From Chiloscyllium plagiosum (taxonomy: Eukaryota), in the NCBI RefSeq assembly GCF_004010195.1, contig NC_057719.1, forward strand, positions 2,883,735 to 2,947,734: a DNA stretch of 64,000 nucleotides, given 5' to 3'. Positions 13,150 to 25,902 of the stretch are shown piece by piece. Position 1 is the stretch's first letter. Each line of letters begins with the position of its first letter. A model generated the notes under the pieces. That model was given only the letters and a program-made list of their open reading frames with translations, made no database searches and was not told where the DNA came from. The translations under genes and the position numbers were made by a program.

Positions 13150-13970
13150 AGAGTCAGAAAGATGTACAGCACGGAAACTGCCTATTCGGTCCAATTCGTC
13201 CATGCTGACCAGATATCCTAAATTAATCTAGAACTGGATGGTGGCTCAGTGATTAGCACTGCTGCCTCATAGCACCAGGGACCCAGGTTCAATTCCAGCC
13301 TTGGGCGACTGTGATGAGTTTGCACATTCTCCCTGTCTGCGTGGGTTTCCTCCAGGTGCAGCAGTTTCCTCCCACAGTCCAAAGATGTGCAGGTCAGGTG
13401 AATTGGCCATGTCAAATTGTGCATAGTGTTAGGTTCATTAGTCAGAGGGAAATGGGTCTGGGTGGGTTACTCTTTGGAGGGTCGGTGTGGACTGGTTGGG
13501 CCAAAGGGCCTGTTTCCACACTGTCGGGAATCTAACCAGATGCCAGCATTTGGCCGATATCCCTCTAAACCCTTCCTATTCATAAATCCATTCAGATGCA
13601 TTTTAAGTGTTGTAATTGTACCAGCCTCCAACTCTTGCTATGGCAGTTCATTGCAGAGGCGCACCACCCTCTTAGTTCCTTTTAACTCTTTTCTCTCACC
13701 TTAAATCTATATCCTCTAGACTTAGACTCCCCTACACTAGGGAAAAGATCTTAACTATTCACCCTATCTATGCCCCTCATGATTTTATAAAACCTCGATA
13801 GTCACCTTCCACAGCCTCTAACACTCAGGGAAAATAGCCCCAGCCTATTTGGCCTCTCCCTATAGTTCAAACTTTCCAACCCTGGCAACATCCTTCTAAG
13901 TCCTTTCTGAACCCTCTCAAGTTTAACAACATCTTTCCTATATCATGGAGATCAGAATTGCACACAGTAG
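13150..13970 (-). mobile_element. CR1 3' end with an HE1 SINE inserted in its tail
   Basis: Reverse complement of the CR1 ORF2 tail and 3' UTR, continuous across 13235-13535. Confidence 0.9.
13235..13535 (+). mobile_element. HE1 (V-SINE) tRNA-derived SINE
   Basis: A/B-box head ggtggctcagtgattagcactgctgcc...ggttcaattcc; V-core tttgcacattctccctgtctgcgtgggtttcctcc; CR1-like tail gggcctgtttccacactg. Confidence 0.9.
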
Positions 13971-14282
13971 AGGTAGACAATCTTTCATCCGTGACCAGCT
14001 GTCTTTTGGATTTTGGAATTTTTCAGCTAAAGAATTAAATGACATTTTCATAGTAAAAAAAGAATTACCGAACAGCAGAGCCACCTGTGATTACTATAAG
14101 TACTGAAGACAGAATTGACGCTTGCCAGTGCTGGGCCACGCTGCCACGGCACGTCTGAGTGGGTGTGGAGTTGGGTTAACTGTGTGCACGCCAAACAACC
14201 TTGTTACAAAGGAAAAAACCGGAGGAGAAAACCTTCGGATTTCGTACTTTTTAAGATTTTGGATAAAGGATTGTCTACCTGT

Positions 14283-15140
14283 ATCCCAAAAGTGGCCTAA
14301 TCAATGTCCTGTACAACCGCAACATAAACCTCCCAGCTCCTATACTCAATGCTCTGACCAATAAAAGCAAGCATACCACTACCCTGTCTATCTGCTACTC
14401 CATCTTCAAGGAATTATAAATCTACAATCAAAGATCTCTTCGTTCTGCAATACTTTTCAGGACCTTTCCATTAAATGTGTAAGCCCTGCCCTACCACCTC
14501 ACATTTATCTAGATTAAACTCCACCTGCCACTCCTCAGACCACTGGATCATTGCACGCTGAAGTGAATTGCTTCGTTGTCCACTGCACCACCAATTTTGT
14601 TGGCATCTGCACACTAACCATATCTCCCATATTCACATCCAAATCATTTCATAAAAGTGACAAAACAAAGTTTACATGTAGCATACTGCTGGTCACAGGC
14701 CTCCGATCCAAAAGGTAACCCTCCACTACCACTCTGTCTCTTACCTTTGTATCTAAATGGCTAATTCTCCCAGTATACCATTTGATCTAACTGTGTTAAC
14801 CAGGCTACCATGCTGAACCTTGTTAAACGTCTTACTGAAGTCCACATAGACAACACCCACCTCTCTGGCTTTATCAATTCTCTTCATCGCTTCTTCAAAA
14901 AACTCAAATTGAATTAGTAAGACATGGCTTCCTACACACAAAGCCGTGTTGACTATCCCCAATCACTCCTTTTTCCAAATACATGTCCCTGTCCCTAAGA
15001 ATCCCCTGCAACAACTTGCCCACCACCGATATCAGACTAATTGGTCTGTACTTCCCAAGCTGTTCCTAACCACCTTTCTTAAATAATGGCACCACAATAG
15101 TCAATCTCCAGACTTCCAGCACCTCACCCGTTGCTATCAA
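14283..15140 (-). mobile_element. CR1 ORF2 RT fragment
   Basis: ORF 14753-14962 (LIQFEFFEEAMKRIDKAREVGVVYVDFSKTFNKVQHG) and VPLFKKGG. Confidence 0.9.
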
Positions 15141-15149
15141 TAAAACTAA

Positions 15150-15610
15150 TGTAATAGGTGGGAGAGTTGCGTGACTGACAAAGGAGAATTTCATGGCTGT
15201 ACTGAGGAAGGACATGCTGGCGGGCTCATCCAGGGAGTCCGTGTGGGTACAGTATAGGAATAAGAAGGTTACAATCACTTTGACGAAAATTGTACCACAG
15301 CCTGCCAACAAGTGATAGGGGAAAAGATATGTGAACAGATTATGGAAAAATGTGAAAATAACAAGTTTGTTTTCATGGGTGATTTTAATCTTCCCTATTT
15401 TGACTGAAACTCACTTAGTGCTTCAATGGGGACGAATTTGTTAGGTATGTCCGAGGTGGTTTTTGAAACTATACACAATAGCCCAACTACAGACCTGGTA
15501 TTGGGGAATAAGCCCATCCAGGTGACTGAAGTTTCAGTGAGTAGCATTTTGGGAACAGTGACCACAATTCTGTCAGTTTCAAGTTAGTTATGGAAAATGA
15601 CATAACTGTT
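15150..15610 (+). mobile_element. CR1 ORF2 endonuclease fragment (probably continues 13070-13145)
   Basis: MGDFN motif (atgggtgattttaat) and GNSDHN motif (gggaacagtgaccacaat) of AP-endonuclease. Confidence 0.75.
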
Positions 15611-15644
15611 ATGAAAGGACAGAGCAGGACTACAGTGGCTCATA

Positions 15645-15925
15645 GGGATGGCACAGTGGTTAGTACTGCCGCCTCAGTGCCAGGAACCCAGGTTTGATTC
15701 CAGCTTTGGGCCACTGTGCGTGGAATTTCTACATTCTCCCTGTGTCTGTATGGGTTTACTCCCACAGTCCAAACATGTGCAGGTCAGGTGAATTGGCCAT
15801 TTTAAATTGCCTGTAGTGTTAGGTGCATTAGTCAGAGAGAAATGGGTCTGGGTGGGGGTTACTCTTTGGAGGATCGGTATGGACTTGTTGGGCCAAGTTT
15901 CCACACTATAGGAATGTAATCTGTC
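15645..15925 (+). mobile_element. HE1 (V-SINE)
   Basis: Same head, core and tail as 13235-13535. Confidence 0.85.
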
Positions 15926-16475
15926 AAAGACAGGCTAGTGGATTTAAGAGAAAAATGGCATATGAAGTTTAATAGAGATGCATTTTGCAAGATCTAATGC
16001 AAAGGCAGAACCATTAGGAGCATCAACACAGATAGATACAGTCCTTAAAGTGGCAACATAAATGGACTATTGAAGGTTCTGATTTGAATGCCAAAGATGA
16101 CGGCCGACCTGACAGAAGTTTACAAAATTAAGACAGGGAAGGATAGAATGGATACTCAGTCTTTTTTGTAGGGTAGAAATATCAATTATTAGGGAACACA
16201 GGTTTAAGGTAAAAGAGGGTAAATTCAAAGGAGACGCAAGGGGTGTTTCTTTTAACAGAGGATGGTAAATGCCTGGAATGCACTGCCAGAGTTGGTGGTG
16301 AAGGTGGATACAATAGCAACATTTAAGAGGCATCTTGACAGATATATGAATAGGCAGGGAATAGAGGGATATTGCTAGAGTAGTGGCAAAAGCTTATTTA
16401 GTTTAGAAAGTATCATGTGTCAGCAGAGTCTTGGTGGGCCAAAAGGTCTGTTCCTGTGCGGTACTGTTCTTTGTA
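15925..16475 (+). mobile_element. CR1 3' fragment with internal deletions
   Basis: aaatggcatatgaagtttaat...gcctggaatgcactgccaga...gggccaaaaggtctgttcctgtgcggtactgttct. Confidence 0.85.
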
Positions 16476-16654
16476 TTACTTCTTTTACCTCACCAATAAG
16501 TTTCCATACATTCAAACCTCAGTAAAGAACCATTCCTATTTCCAAATTACAGCTCCTATTCAACAAGGACAGTTGCACTTGGTTTATTTTTCACATATTT
16601 CTGTGCATATTCATTATATTTTTTACAAATTACTGTCTCAGCCCAAAACCTTTA

Positions 16655-18455
16655 TAGTGATTGGAACCAGGCTGACCTCATGGACAATGAGATCATTGGT
16701 CCAGGTTAACAACCCAAATCGATCAGGAAAGCCCTGACTGACAACATAACCAGGAAATTATACCAGCACACACACACGTCATGGATGTGGGGAAAAATAA
16801 GCAGTACCAATGTTTGGCAATAGAAAAGAAAAAATAAATAACCAGGAGATGAGAATCTTCTCAGTTCAGGAGACTGACTCCGAGCTGGCTGGCCACAGTC
16901 AGTGTTCTGTGCACAAATAAATAAAGAGGGACTTGCTGATGGGATACTGACCTCTGTAAAGTTATTTTAGTGACAACAGGAGAAAAAAAAAGGACATGCC
17001 TGAAGAATATTTGCTTGCAACAGTCATCTTGGAGTTGGAGAACTTTTGGCAACATTATTTTATTTGGGAAGCTTGATTCATTGATCCCTCCGATATCTTA
17101 GCCCAGTATGTGGAAAGAATGCAATATGTTTTCTGGGTAAATAATGTTAGGGTAGACAAAAAGTAACAAGTAATCCTTCTGACTGCTTGTGGACCCGCAG
17201 CATTCTCAGTTATAAGAGACTTAACCTTTCCAGAGACACCAGACACTAAAACCTTTCAAGAGTTGATGGAATTAGTTAAGGAATACTATGACCTCAAACC
17301 TCCTCCAATTCTGAGACTATCGATTTTATTCAGCTGTTAGAGAAGCAGGGGAATCCATATCTGGATTTTTGACTGGCAGAGGCATATGATTTTTTTTGCT
17401 AACATCTGAATGAGATGCTCACAGACTGTTTAACATATAGGATTAATGACATAACCGTGAAGAAGCACCTACTAGCTGAAGCCCAACTGGACTTCAAACA
17501 AGCACTACAAGTGGCACGGTCATTAGAAAATGCAGCAAGTGGAGCATGGGAGCGACAGGGCATCCCAATGGAAGTGGACTCCCCCACCTCTCTGCAGAAG
17601 CTTGGGGAACACCACTTGAGTGTAGGTCATCACAGAGCCTCACACAAGCCATACCCTGAGCTGAGGGACGCAAAGCCCGCTGGCCCACAGCAAAACCCCA
17701 CAACAAAACAGGGCCTCGGCCAAGTGACTAGAAAGTTCTTCAGAATCTAGGCAGGCAAACCATTGTAGTCGCTGGTATGCGGACTCAAAAAAGCAAAGGA
17801 GTCTTACAAGGCCTGATTTGAGTAAGAAAACTCAGAGGCTGGTACCCAGGAGAATCCACGCCCTGGGAAGTCCCCCTGAGGGTTGGAACAATTAAATTGC
17901 TTAGTGACATCCAAATCAGAACCAATTAAGGTTTGGTTAAGTGGTCACCCATTTCCCATGGAGGTTGAAATCAGCACAGCTATACCTGTGTTGCAGAAGC
18001 TATCTTTAACAAGTTTGGGACTCCAACCCTTAAGTTTGCACAAGGCCTCAGCCAGACTAAGAATACATACTGGGGAACCATTGGAGATTAAGTCTCCTAT
18101 GAGGAGTTGGTGCAATCCGTCAAAGCTGGACATAAGCCATGCCTACCAGCAATTGTGACTGGATGAGGAATCCCAGAAGTACAGTACAATTAATAACCCT
18201 AAGTGTCTAATATCAATATACAAGACTGCCATCTGGAATATCATCAGCTTGCACCCTTTTCCAGCGGATGATGGAAAACATTCTTCAAGGGCTACCCCGG
18301 GTTGCTATTTACCTGGATGTACTATTAACAAGGAAGACTAATAAAGAGCACTTGCAGAACTTAAACATATTTTCCAGGCAGGTGCACGCCTTAGTAGGGA
18401 AAAACGTGTTCCAAGTGACCCGTTTTGATTAGAGTCGACAAAACTGGGTTACAGG
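16655..18455 (+). mobile_element. Decayed Gypsy element (LTR, gag, protease, RT remnants)
   Basis: LTR-like 16655-16976; gag (gggaagcttgattcattgat...cagtatgtggaaaga; MLTDCLTYRINDITVKKHLLAEAQLDFKQALQVA); protease-like SEPIKVWLSGHPFPMEVE; RT SKLDISHAYQQL and YLD. Confidence 0.85.
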
Positions 18456-19619
18456 ATTTTGTTTTTGTCCAGATGGCGGTGAGTATCTGGTATTTGCTGC
18501 TCAGTTCGGTAGGTGGAAAACATAAGCTTATTTAAAAGGAACCTGGTTCTACATCTAGTGAAGCAGCCAGCAAGGCTATGGAATAGGTGCTGGAAAGTTG
18601 GCTTTGAATAAATGGCTAGTTTATTCAACCAGTGATGGGTTGAGTAGTCTTTCTGTGCTGTCAGTTTTATAAGGTTTCTATACTTAGCTTAGTGGAAATT
18701 ATTGCCTGTATCACATGTTCATGCTTCCTCCAAACTGTGATTAATTCTTTTAAAAAATACAATGCTTTCCAGTCATCACTGCTGTGGCTTTCAACACATC
18801 ACAAAATTGCAAATCAAGAGCTGTCTAGAAATCAGCTCAAGATGAAGCATTAGCATGTAATGAGTCAAGAATCTGCCTTCTTGCAGAGCACACAAATAAA
18901 TAAATGAGCATTACCCAGAAGTTGACCTAACTACTGCCATGGAAGTCAGTTCTATTCAGAAGCACATAATCAGTACTTACAACAATCAATGTCAGGTTCT
19001 TTACTTTTGGAATATTATCTTGTTTCATTTTAAAACATAAAATGTCTTTTCAACTTATTATCTAGAAATAGTTTCAGTTAATACTTCATTTAGTAAATGA
19101 ATTCATAGCTAGTGGAGAGTCCAATACTGACAGTAAAAGATGTACTCGAGTTGATTGTAGCAAGTTTCACACAGGACTTCAGTTCCAGACATGTGGAATG
19201 ATACTCCTAGAAAAACAACATTTATTTTAATCAGTAAATAAAAGATATTTATCACAATAGCATTGGTGAAGGTAAGGAATTAAATTAATGACAAGTGCTA
19301 TTTTGCAGGAAAGGATTGACATTCAATCCTACAAAGTAGGTATTTATAACAGACCAGGAAAGTGAACCAGCAATTCTCAAAGAACTAGAACACATGAACA
19401 ATAAGCTCTATTTCCCAGCCAGCTCTGCACACAAACAAAATTCTCCCTCCGTAAATTTATCATTCGATTTTCTCTGCTCCTGTAAATGCTGGATCATTAC
19501 ATCGTGATTACTTGGTCATCTGCAAGGGGAATAACAGATATATGAAAACTTACTAAAATGATTAAATAAAATTGACATTATGTTTCAAATGTGGAAATAC
19601 AGATATGAATATTCAAAAA

Positions 19620-19780
19620 GACCAATTTAGTTTAGGGCTGCGCTCTCATTAGAGACAGAACTGGTGGTGAGTTTAACCTGAAGGTCACCATGAGTCAGGG
19701 AAAAGGTAGGTTGATAAGTCAGAGCATTGACTGTGACCTGAACCAGTGTGGGAATTGAATCCTTGCTGCTGGCATCACTA
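19620..19780. repeat. Short interspersed repeat (also ~21150-21290, and reversed at ~48230-48420)
   Basis: Shared agggctg...tctca..a...gagaca...tggtg...tttaacct.a.ggtcacc motif in three places. Confidence 0.6.
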
Positions 19781-22450
19781 TTTTACTTACATTAGTCTTG
19801 ACAGTTTAAATTCTCACTAGTAAAATCAGAACAAATTAACATAAACTAAGGGTACTGATTGTTAAAACTGCAAACTACCTTTTCCGTCAAACATTTCATA
19901 AAAAAAGCAAAAAACATTGATTTTGATGAAAACCAAATCAGACGGAAACAATTTTTAGGCAGTGATTTAATATTCTTTGACTCAAGTGAATGAAAATCTG
20001 ATTACTTTGGCTACTAAGGGAGCTGAACATAGAATACAATGACATGTATTGAATATGATGGAATATTTGAAGCAGATTGTTTATAAATAGCTTCAACGCT
20101 ACCACAGATGACAGCAACAAAATAATAAAGTGAAATTTGCAGGCCAATGTATCAGATGCAGAAAGGGCTTTGGTAAATCATGCAGATTATACTGTTGTGC
20201 ACACAGTAAAGATAAACCCTCCCTGCTGAACTCTGCATGCCACAAATTGCACCTGGACTTTGTTACTGTTATGAAGTTGAAGGCATGTACTTTACTTTTG
20301 AGAGAGAAAGAGAATGCTGTTCTGAACTGAGGGCTTACAAGCCCCTGTGTATGAGTCTGAGTCTATTTGGCAGCCCCAGGATGTACTGGAAAATTGAGAA
20401 TATGGAACATTTGGCTGTGAAATAGATACCTGAGTTTTGGTTGCTGTTTTGACAACAATTTGAATTTAACCAATCAGTTAAAATTATGCCCCAGGATACT
20501 ACAACCCAATTGAGTTTGAATTTATTGTTTTGCCAACATCGAACCAATGAGATGATACCAGTGAGGTGGTCTGATGTTTTTTGGGGGCGGGGGGGGGGGG
20601 GGGGTGTATAAGAATGTGAACATTTTGAAAATTGGTGAGAGCTACTGCCATAGAGAGAAATTGCTGGAGAGCTAATTGCCCATCTAACATCTTGTTCTCA
20701 AAGAAATTGGAAAACACTCTCTATCAAAAGGTATCTTTTCATGTGAAGCATTCTCGCGGTAAAAAGAGAAAAGACAACCCAGGGAGATCAGCAGCTGGAA
20801 TAGTGAAGACATAGAACATTTCAAAACCACACAGTCTCTAAGTTGACATAATTTTAATAAGTGCCTTATTGGAACGGCATATTGTTATAGAGTTGGAGGC
20901 AGATAGTTAGCAGTTAACAGAACTTAGATTTGTGAATAGTTTTGATTAATGTCCACATTTAGAGTTCGTAAATAAATTGATGTTATTTTCTCTAAATTGT
21001 GGAATTTGGGAGTTCTCGGAGACTTCACGTTACATTCATTCACAAAACGCAGACATCACTGACAAGGCCAGCATTTGTTTCCAATTCCAAATACCCCTTA
21101 AGATAGTAAACTGCCTTCTTGAACTGGTGCAGGCCATGGTGTACAATAAGTCACCATAGTCCAACCAGATCTTAGGGCTGCTTTCTCACTAACAGAGAGA
21201 CAACAGATGGTGATTTAACCTAAGGGTCACCTCGCCTCAAGCGAGAGGAGAGATTGAGAATGAGAGTACACATAGTGGGTTCAGTTCGCATACCCACCAT
21301 CAGAAAAGAAGCTGATCATGAGCTTACTGAATGGCAGAGCAGGCTCAACCAGCTAGATGACCTACTCCTGCTCCTAATTCTCATTCAAGAAATAACCAAG
21401 CAAGCCACTCAGTTGTATCAATCATTAGAGTCTCAAAGAAATGAAACCCGAGAGACTACCAGGCACCAAAACAGACACCCGAAATAGTCCTGTCAATCCT
21501 GCGAAGTCCTCCTTACCAACATCAGGGGGCTAGTGTCAAAACTGGGAGAGCTTTCTCACAGACTAGTCAAGTAACAACCTGACACTGATACTCATGGAAC
21601 TATACCTAACAGGTAATGTCCCAAGCACCACCATCAAGATCTCTTAATATGGCCTGTCCCACAACAGGTCTGACCCAGCAGAAGTAGAGACATAGTGGTA
21701 AACAGTCTGGAGTCCTTAACATTGACCCCCAACAAGTCTCATGACTTCAGATTAAACATGGGCAAGAAAGCTTCCTGGAGATTACCAAATACTAACATCC
21801 CTCAGCTGATGACTCAGTATTCCTCCATGCTGAAAACTTGGAGAAAGCATTAAGGCTAGTAAGGACACAAAAGCTATTTTGGATGAGGGATTTTAATGTC
21901 CACCATGAAAAGTGGCTCTGCAATCGCACTACTGATCAAGTTGGTTGGGTCCTAAAGCTGTTGGACTGGGTCTGCAGCAGCTGGCAAGGGACCAAAGAGA
22001 GAAAAACATACTTGACCTGCACTTTACCAAAGATATAAGCAGCAAGTGACAGAGCTAAGTGATCCCACAACTCTTAGGCAAGATCTAAGCTCTGCAGTCC
22101 TGCCATATCCAGTCGTGAATGGTGATGGACAATTAAACAACTCACTGAAAGAGCAGGTTCCACAAGTATCGGTGTCCTCAATGATGGAGTGTCCAACAGA
22201 TCAGTGCAAAAGATAAGGCAGAAGTATTTGCTGCAAACTCAATCCCCTCCAGGTCCCCAGAATCAGATACCAGTCTTCAGCCAATTCGATTCACTTGATG
22301 TGAGATCAAGGTCCAGTTTGAGGCACTGGATACCATAAAAGCTATTCAGCCCTGACAACATTCTAGTAATAGTACTGAAGATTTATCCTCAAGAACTTGC
22401 TACTCCCCTAGCCAAGCTGTTTCAGTAACTACAACACTGATATTACCTGA

Positions 22451-25251
22451 TGTAGTAACTTCACGGAGATCGTCACCCTTTATTTATACATGCAAAGTAC
22501 ATGCACCCTGACCAGCTAGCTCAGAGCCAGTCCCTATAGTGAAAAGAACTGCTGAGGCTCCTGCTTATCTTCTTTTTCTTTTCTTGAAGAAAACCAAAAA
22601 CCAAATGGAAAGTCTACCTGAAAGAAGCGAGAGAGACAAAAAAAAAATCTCTCCTCCTCAGCAGGAAACCCACCAGCAGTAATCACATAGACTGTGGTCC
22701 AGGCAGTTCAGAGGTTAGTCCCCCTCCTTAACACAAAATGGAGAGTCCTTCACACACTGATCCAGCTCCCCTATAGGCAGCTCTCAGAATGGACAAAACC
22801 TCTCACATTCCTGTGTTTTTTTCTTTTATTGCTCCCCACAATACCACCTGACAGCGATAGTAATTATCTTTCACCAGCACCAATGTCATGTGTATGCCAG
22901 GTGTCAGACACAGTGGAAAAACAAGTGCATTAATCTTTATTTATATTCCACCACCAGGAAGAGAGGAAGCACTCGAGTGACCAGTGACAAGCAATGCCCT
23001 TCTCAGAGAGTAATGCTGCGTGATCAATGAAGGGAGAGGGCAGGGATTAAATTAAAATAAAGTTGGAAGGGTGAGGCTCCTGCTTATTTTCTTTAGCAGT
23101 GAATAAGGTACACTGACTGGGTGGTTTCAGGCTGTTCAGGGGTCAGTCAGTCTCTTCTCTTTCTTGATACAGAAAAGTGGAAAGTCTTTCACTCACTGAT
23201 CCAGCTCTCTCAGAGGCAGCTCTGAGTGAGTAGAATCTCTAACACTCTTGTTTATGTTATTTGTGTTGTAGGTGTCACACACAGTGAAAAACAAGTGTGT
23301 AAATATGTATTTATATTCCACCACCAGGAAGATAGAAAATACCTGAGTGGCAAGTGACAAGCAGTGCCCTTCTGAGGGCAATGCTGTGTGATCAAACAGT
23401 GAAGGAGGAGGACAGGAATTAAACCAAAATAGAGTTGGGGAGGTTGGTGGAGGCTCCTGCTATTTTTTTTCCCCAGCGAGAACTTCTGACATGCCTATTC
23501 TTTCTTTCCCTCCAGTGATGACCACCAAACCATGTTCCTCTATTTGTGTTCAGCATCAGCCCAAGTCCAGGAAGCATACTCTGTTTAACCACTGGTGAGC
23601 CAATACTACCCTGATACCAAAAAGGGAGGCATTGCCTGTCAGCACGTCATTTAGGATCATAGTGAGAATGTGTATAGGCTATAAGCAGGCAGGGAAAGAG
23701 TTAAGTTCTGAGTTTTGTTAAACAAGACACTCGGCTGAGCATGACTCAGATCATAAGAACTTAGTTAACAATGGGGTACTGGAGGCAAGAGTTAACAAGG
23801 TGGAAAGCATTCATTATGTAGAGCCATTTAACAAGATGAGGTAGCATTCAGTATGTAAAATCAGTTAACAAGGTGAAAAGTATTCATTATGTGAAGTCAG
23901 TTATTCATTGTGTGACAGCAGATGGCTTAATCTTTACTACTGACACTTGTTGATTGCAATGGCAACCCAATCAATATGTATGTTGCCTTATCTAGATGCT
24001 CCTCCCTGTAAAATGAATATATAATTCATTGAGAAGCTGTTGTTCGAGAGAAGACCATGAATTCATGTCCTTGTGCACATGCGCCTGGAATAAAGGAAGG
24101 TAAAACTATGGTGTCTCTGAGCATTTTGCTTTGACTGAGGGGGGGAAAAACGGGATGATAGTAGAGGACCAACCTTTGATGACAGCTGTTTTTTCACTTC
24201 CTTAAAGGCTGCTTCTTGGCTACATGACCAAGGCTGATGGAGGCCACGTCATGTATGACTATTTCATAATTAACCAAGCCAAGGAAAGACCTAAGCCCCA
24301 GTGGGTGCCAGGACATCTTTGATCATCCTCACATTATCTTCCAATGGATGTAACCTGATCTTGTCTACTCTTCAGCCCAAGTAAATCATTTGGGGTACCC
24401 GTAACACACATTCCTCCCTTCTAAAGCACACATCTACCTGGAAGAAAATTCAGACAGTGCTCACAGTGGCTCTTCATTGATCTTCCTAGTTATTGGCACA
24501 TCATCCAGATAACTGGCAGCCTGGGGTAGACCTTGTAAAATATTTGCCGTCATCTACTGGAAAAGGGCACAGGCTGAGTATACCCAAAATGGCAGTCTTG
24601 CATATTGGTACAAACCCTTGCATGTAATAACTGTGGCTTATGCTGGGACTCTTCATCTGGTTGCAATTGCAGGTTTGCATGGCTCATATCCAGGTTCGTG
24701 CAGGACAGCCCCTAACCTCCAGCTTTGCATCCAAATCCTCTATGAGAGAAGCAGCTTAGTTTTCTTAAAACCCCACAAAGGCAAACTGAACCGTCAAGCT
24801 TCACAGTTGGCATGACCAGCGCTGCCCATTCTGCAAACTAATACTGATGATTCCTTCGCTTTCCAGCCTTCTGATTTCTGCCTCTACTTTTGCCCACTGG
24901 GCAAATGGCACTGGGTCGGCCTTGCAAATCGCTGAATTGCTTCCTGGTCAACATGCAAGATAACACTGGCTCCTTTGGTAGTTGCTAGACCTTCCTGAAA
25001 AAACTCTGGTAATTTAGTTAGGATACACTCACTGGCGCTGAAATAATTCCACGAAGGCTGGTATCTCATCATCAACTCTCCCTTTATTTACACACGCAAT
25101 ACATGGACTCTAACTCAGAGCCAGTCCCGGGAGTGAAGAGAATCCATGAGACACCTTCTATCTTGGCAGGCAGGACTCTGATTAAGCACGAGTTCTTTGA
25201 TGTTAACCTGGGCCAATGAGAGCTACCTGGTCAACCTCATTCCAATACTAA
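22451..25251 (-). mobile_element. Internally deleted Gypsy element with related LTR ends
   Basis: Related LTR segments at 22451-22570 and 25060-25250; minus ORF 24884-25075 (ASVILHVDQEAIQRFARP) and RT/RNaseH remnants at 24160-24900; flanks acctga / acccga. Confidence 0.8.
23660..24140 (+). mobile_element. Probable ERV-type solo LTR
   Basis: ~36-bp tandem unit x3 (23791-23900), TATATAA at ~24018, AATAAA at ~24089; nested in the Gypsy remnant. Confidence 0.55.
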
Positions 25252-25902
25252 ACCCGACAATATGGAAAATTGTCATATTATGTTCTGTACACAAAAAGCA
25301 AAATAAATTCAACCCAGCCAATTACCTCCCCATCTGTCTACTCTTGATCATCAGTGAAGAGTTGGAAGGTGTCATTGACAAAGCTATCAAGTAGCACTGC
25401 TAAATAATAACCTTTTCAGTGACGCTCTGTTGGGTTCCACTAAGGTCATTCAGCTCCTAACAGCCTTGGTTTAAACATGGACAAAAGATCTGGATTCCAG
25501 AAGTGAGGCGAGTGACAGCCCAGAGGAACCCTTAAAAAAAGTGAATCAGTGGGAATTGGGGGAAAACTCTCTGCTGGTTGGAGTTATACCTTAAACATAG
25601 AAAATGGTTACGATTGTTTGAGGTCTGTCATCTCACCTTCCAGAACATCTCTGCCAAAGTTCCTCAGGGTAGTGTTCAGGTTGAACCATCTTCAGCTACT
25701 TCATCAGTGAACTTCCCTCCATCATATAGTCAGAAGTAGGGATGTTCACTAGTGATTGCACAATGTTTAGCACAATTCCTGACTCCTTAAATACTGAGCA
25801 GTCCATTTTCAAATACAAGATCTGGACAATATCCAGGATTGGGCTAACAAGTGGCAACTAGCATTTGCACCAGACAAATGCTAGACAATGACTATCTCCA
25901 AG

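Noticed and set aside
19330..19519. Minus-strand acceptor (tccccttgcag) as an additional exon
   Set aside because: Stops in all three frames within 25 nt and no convincing donor
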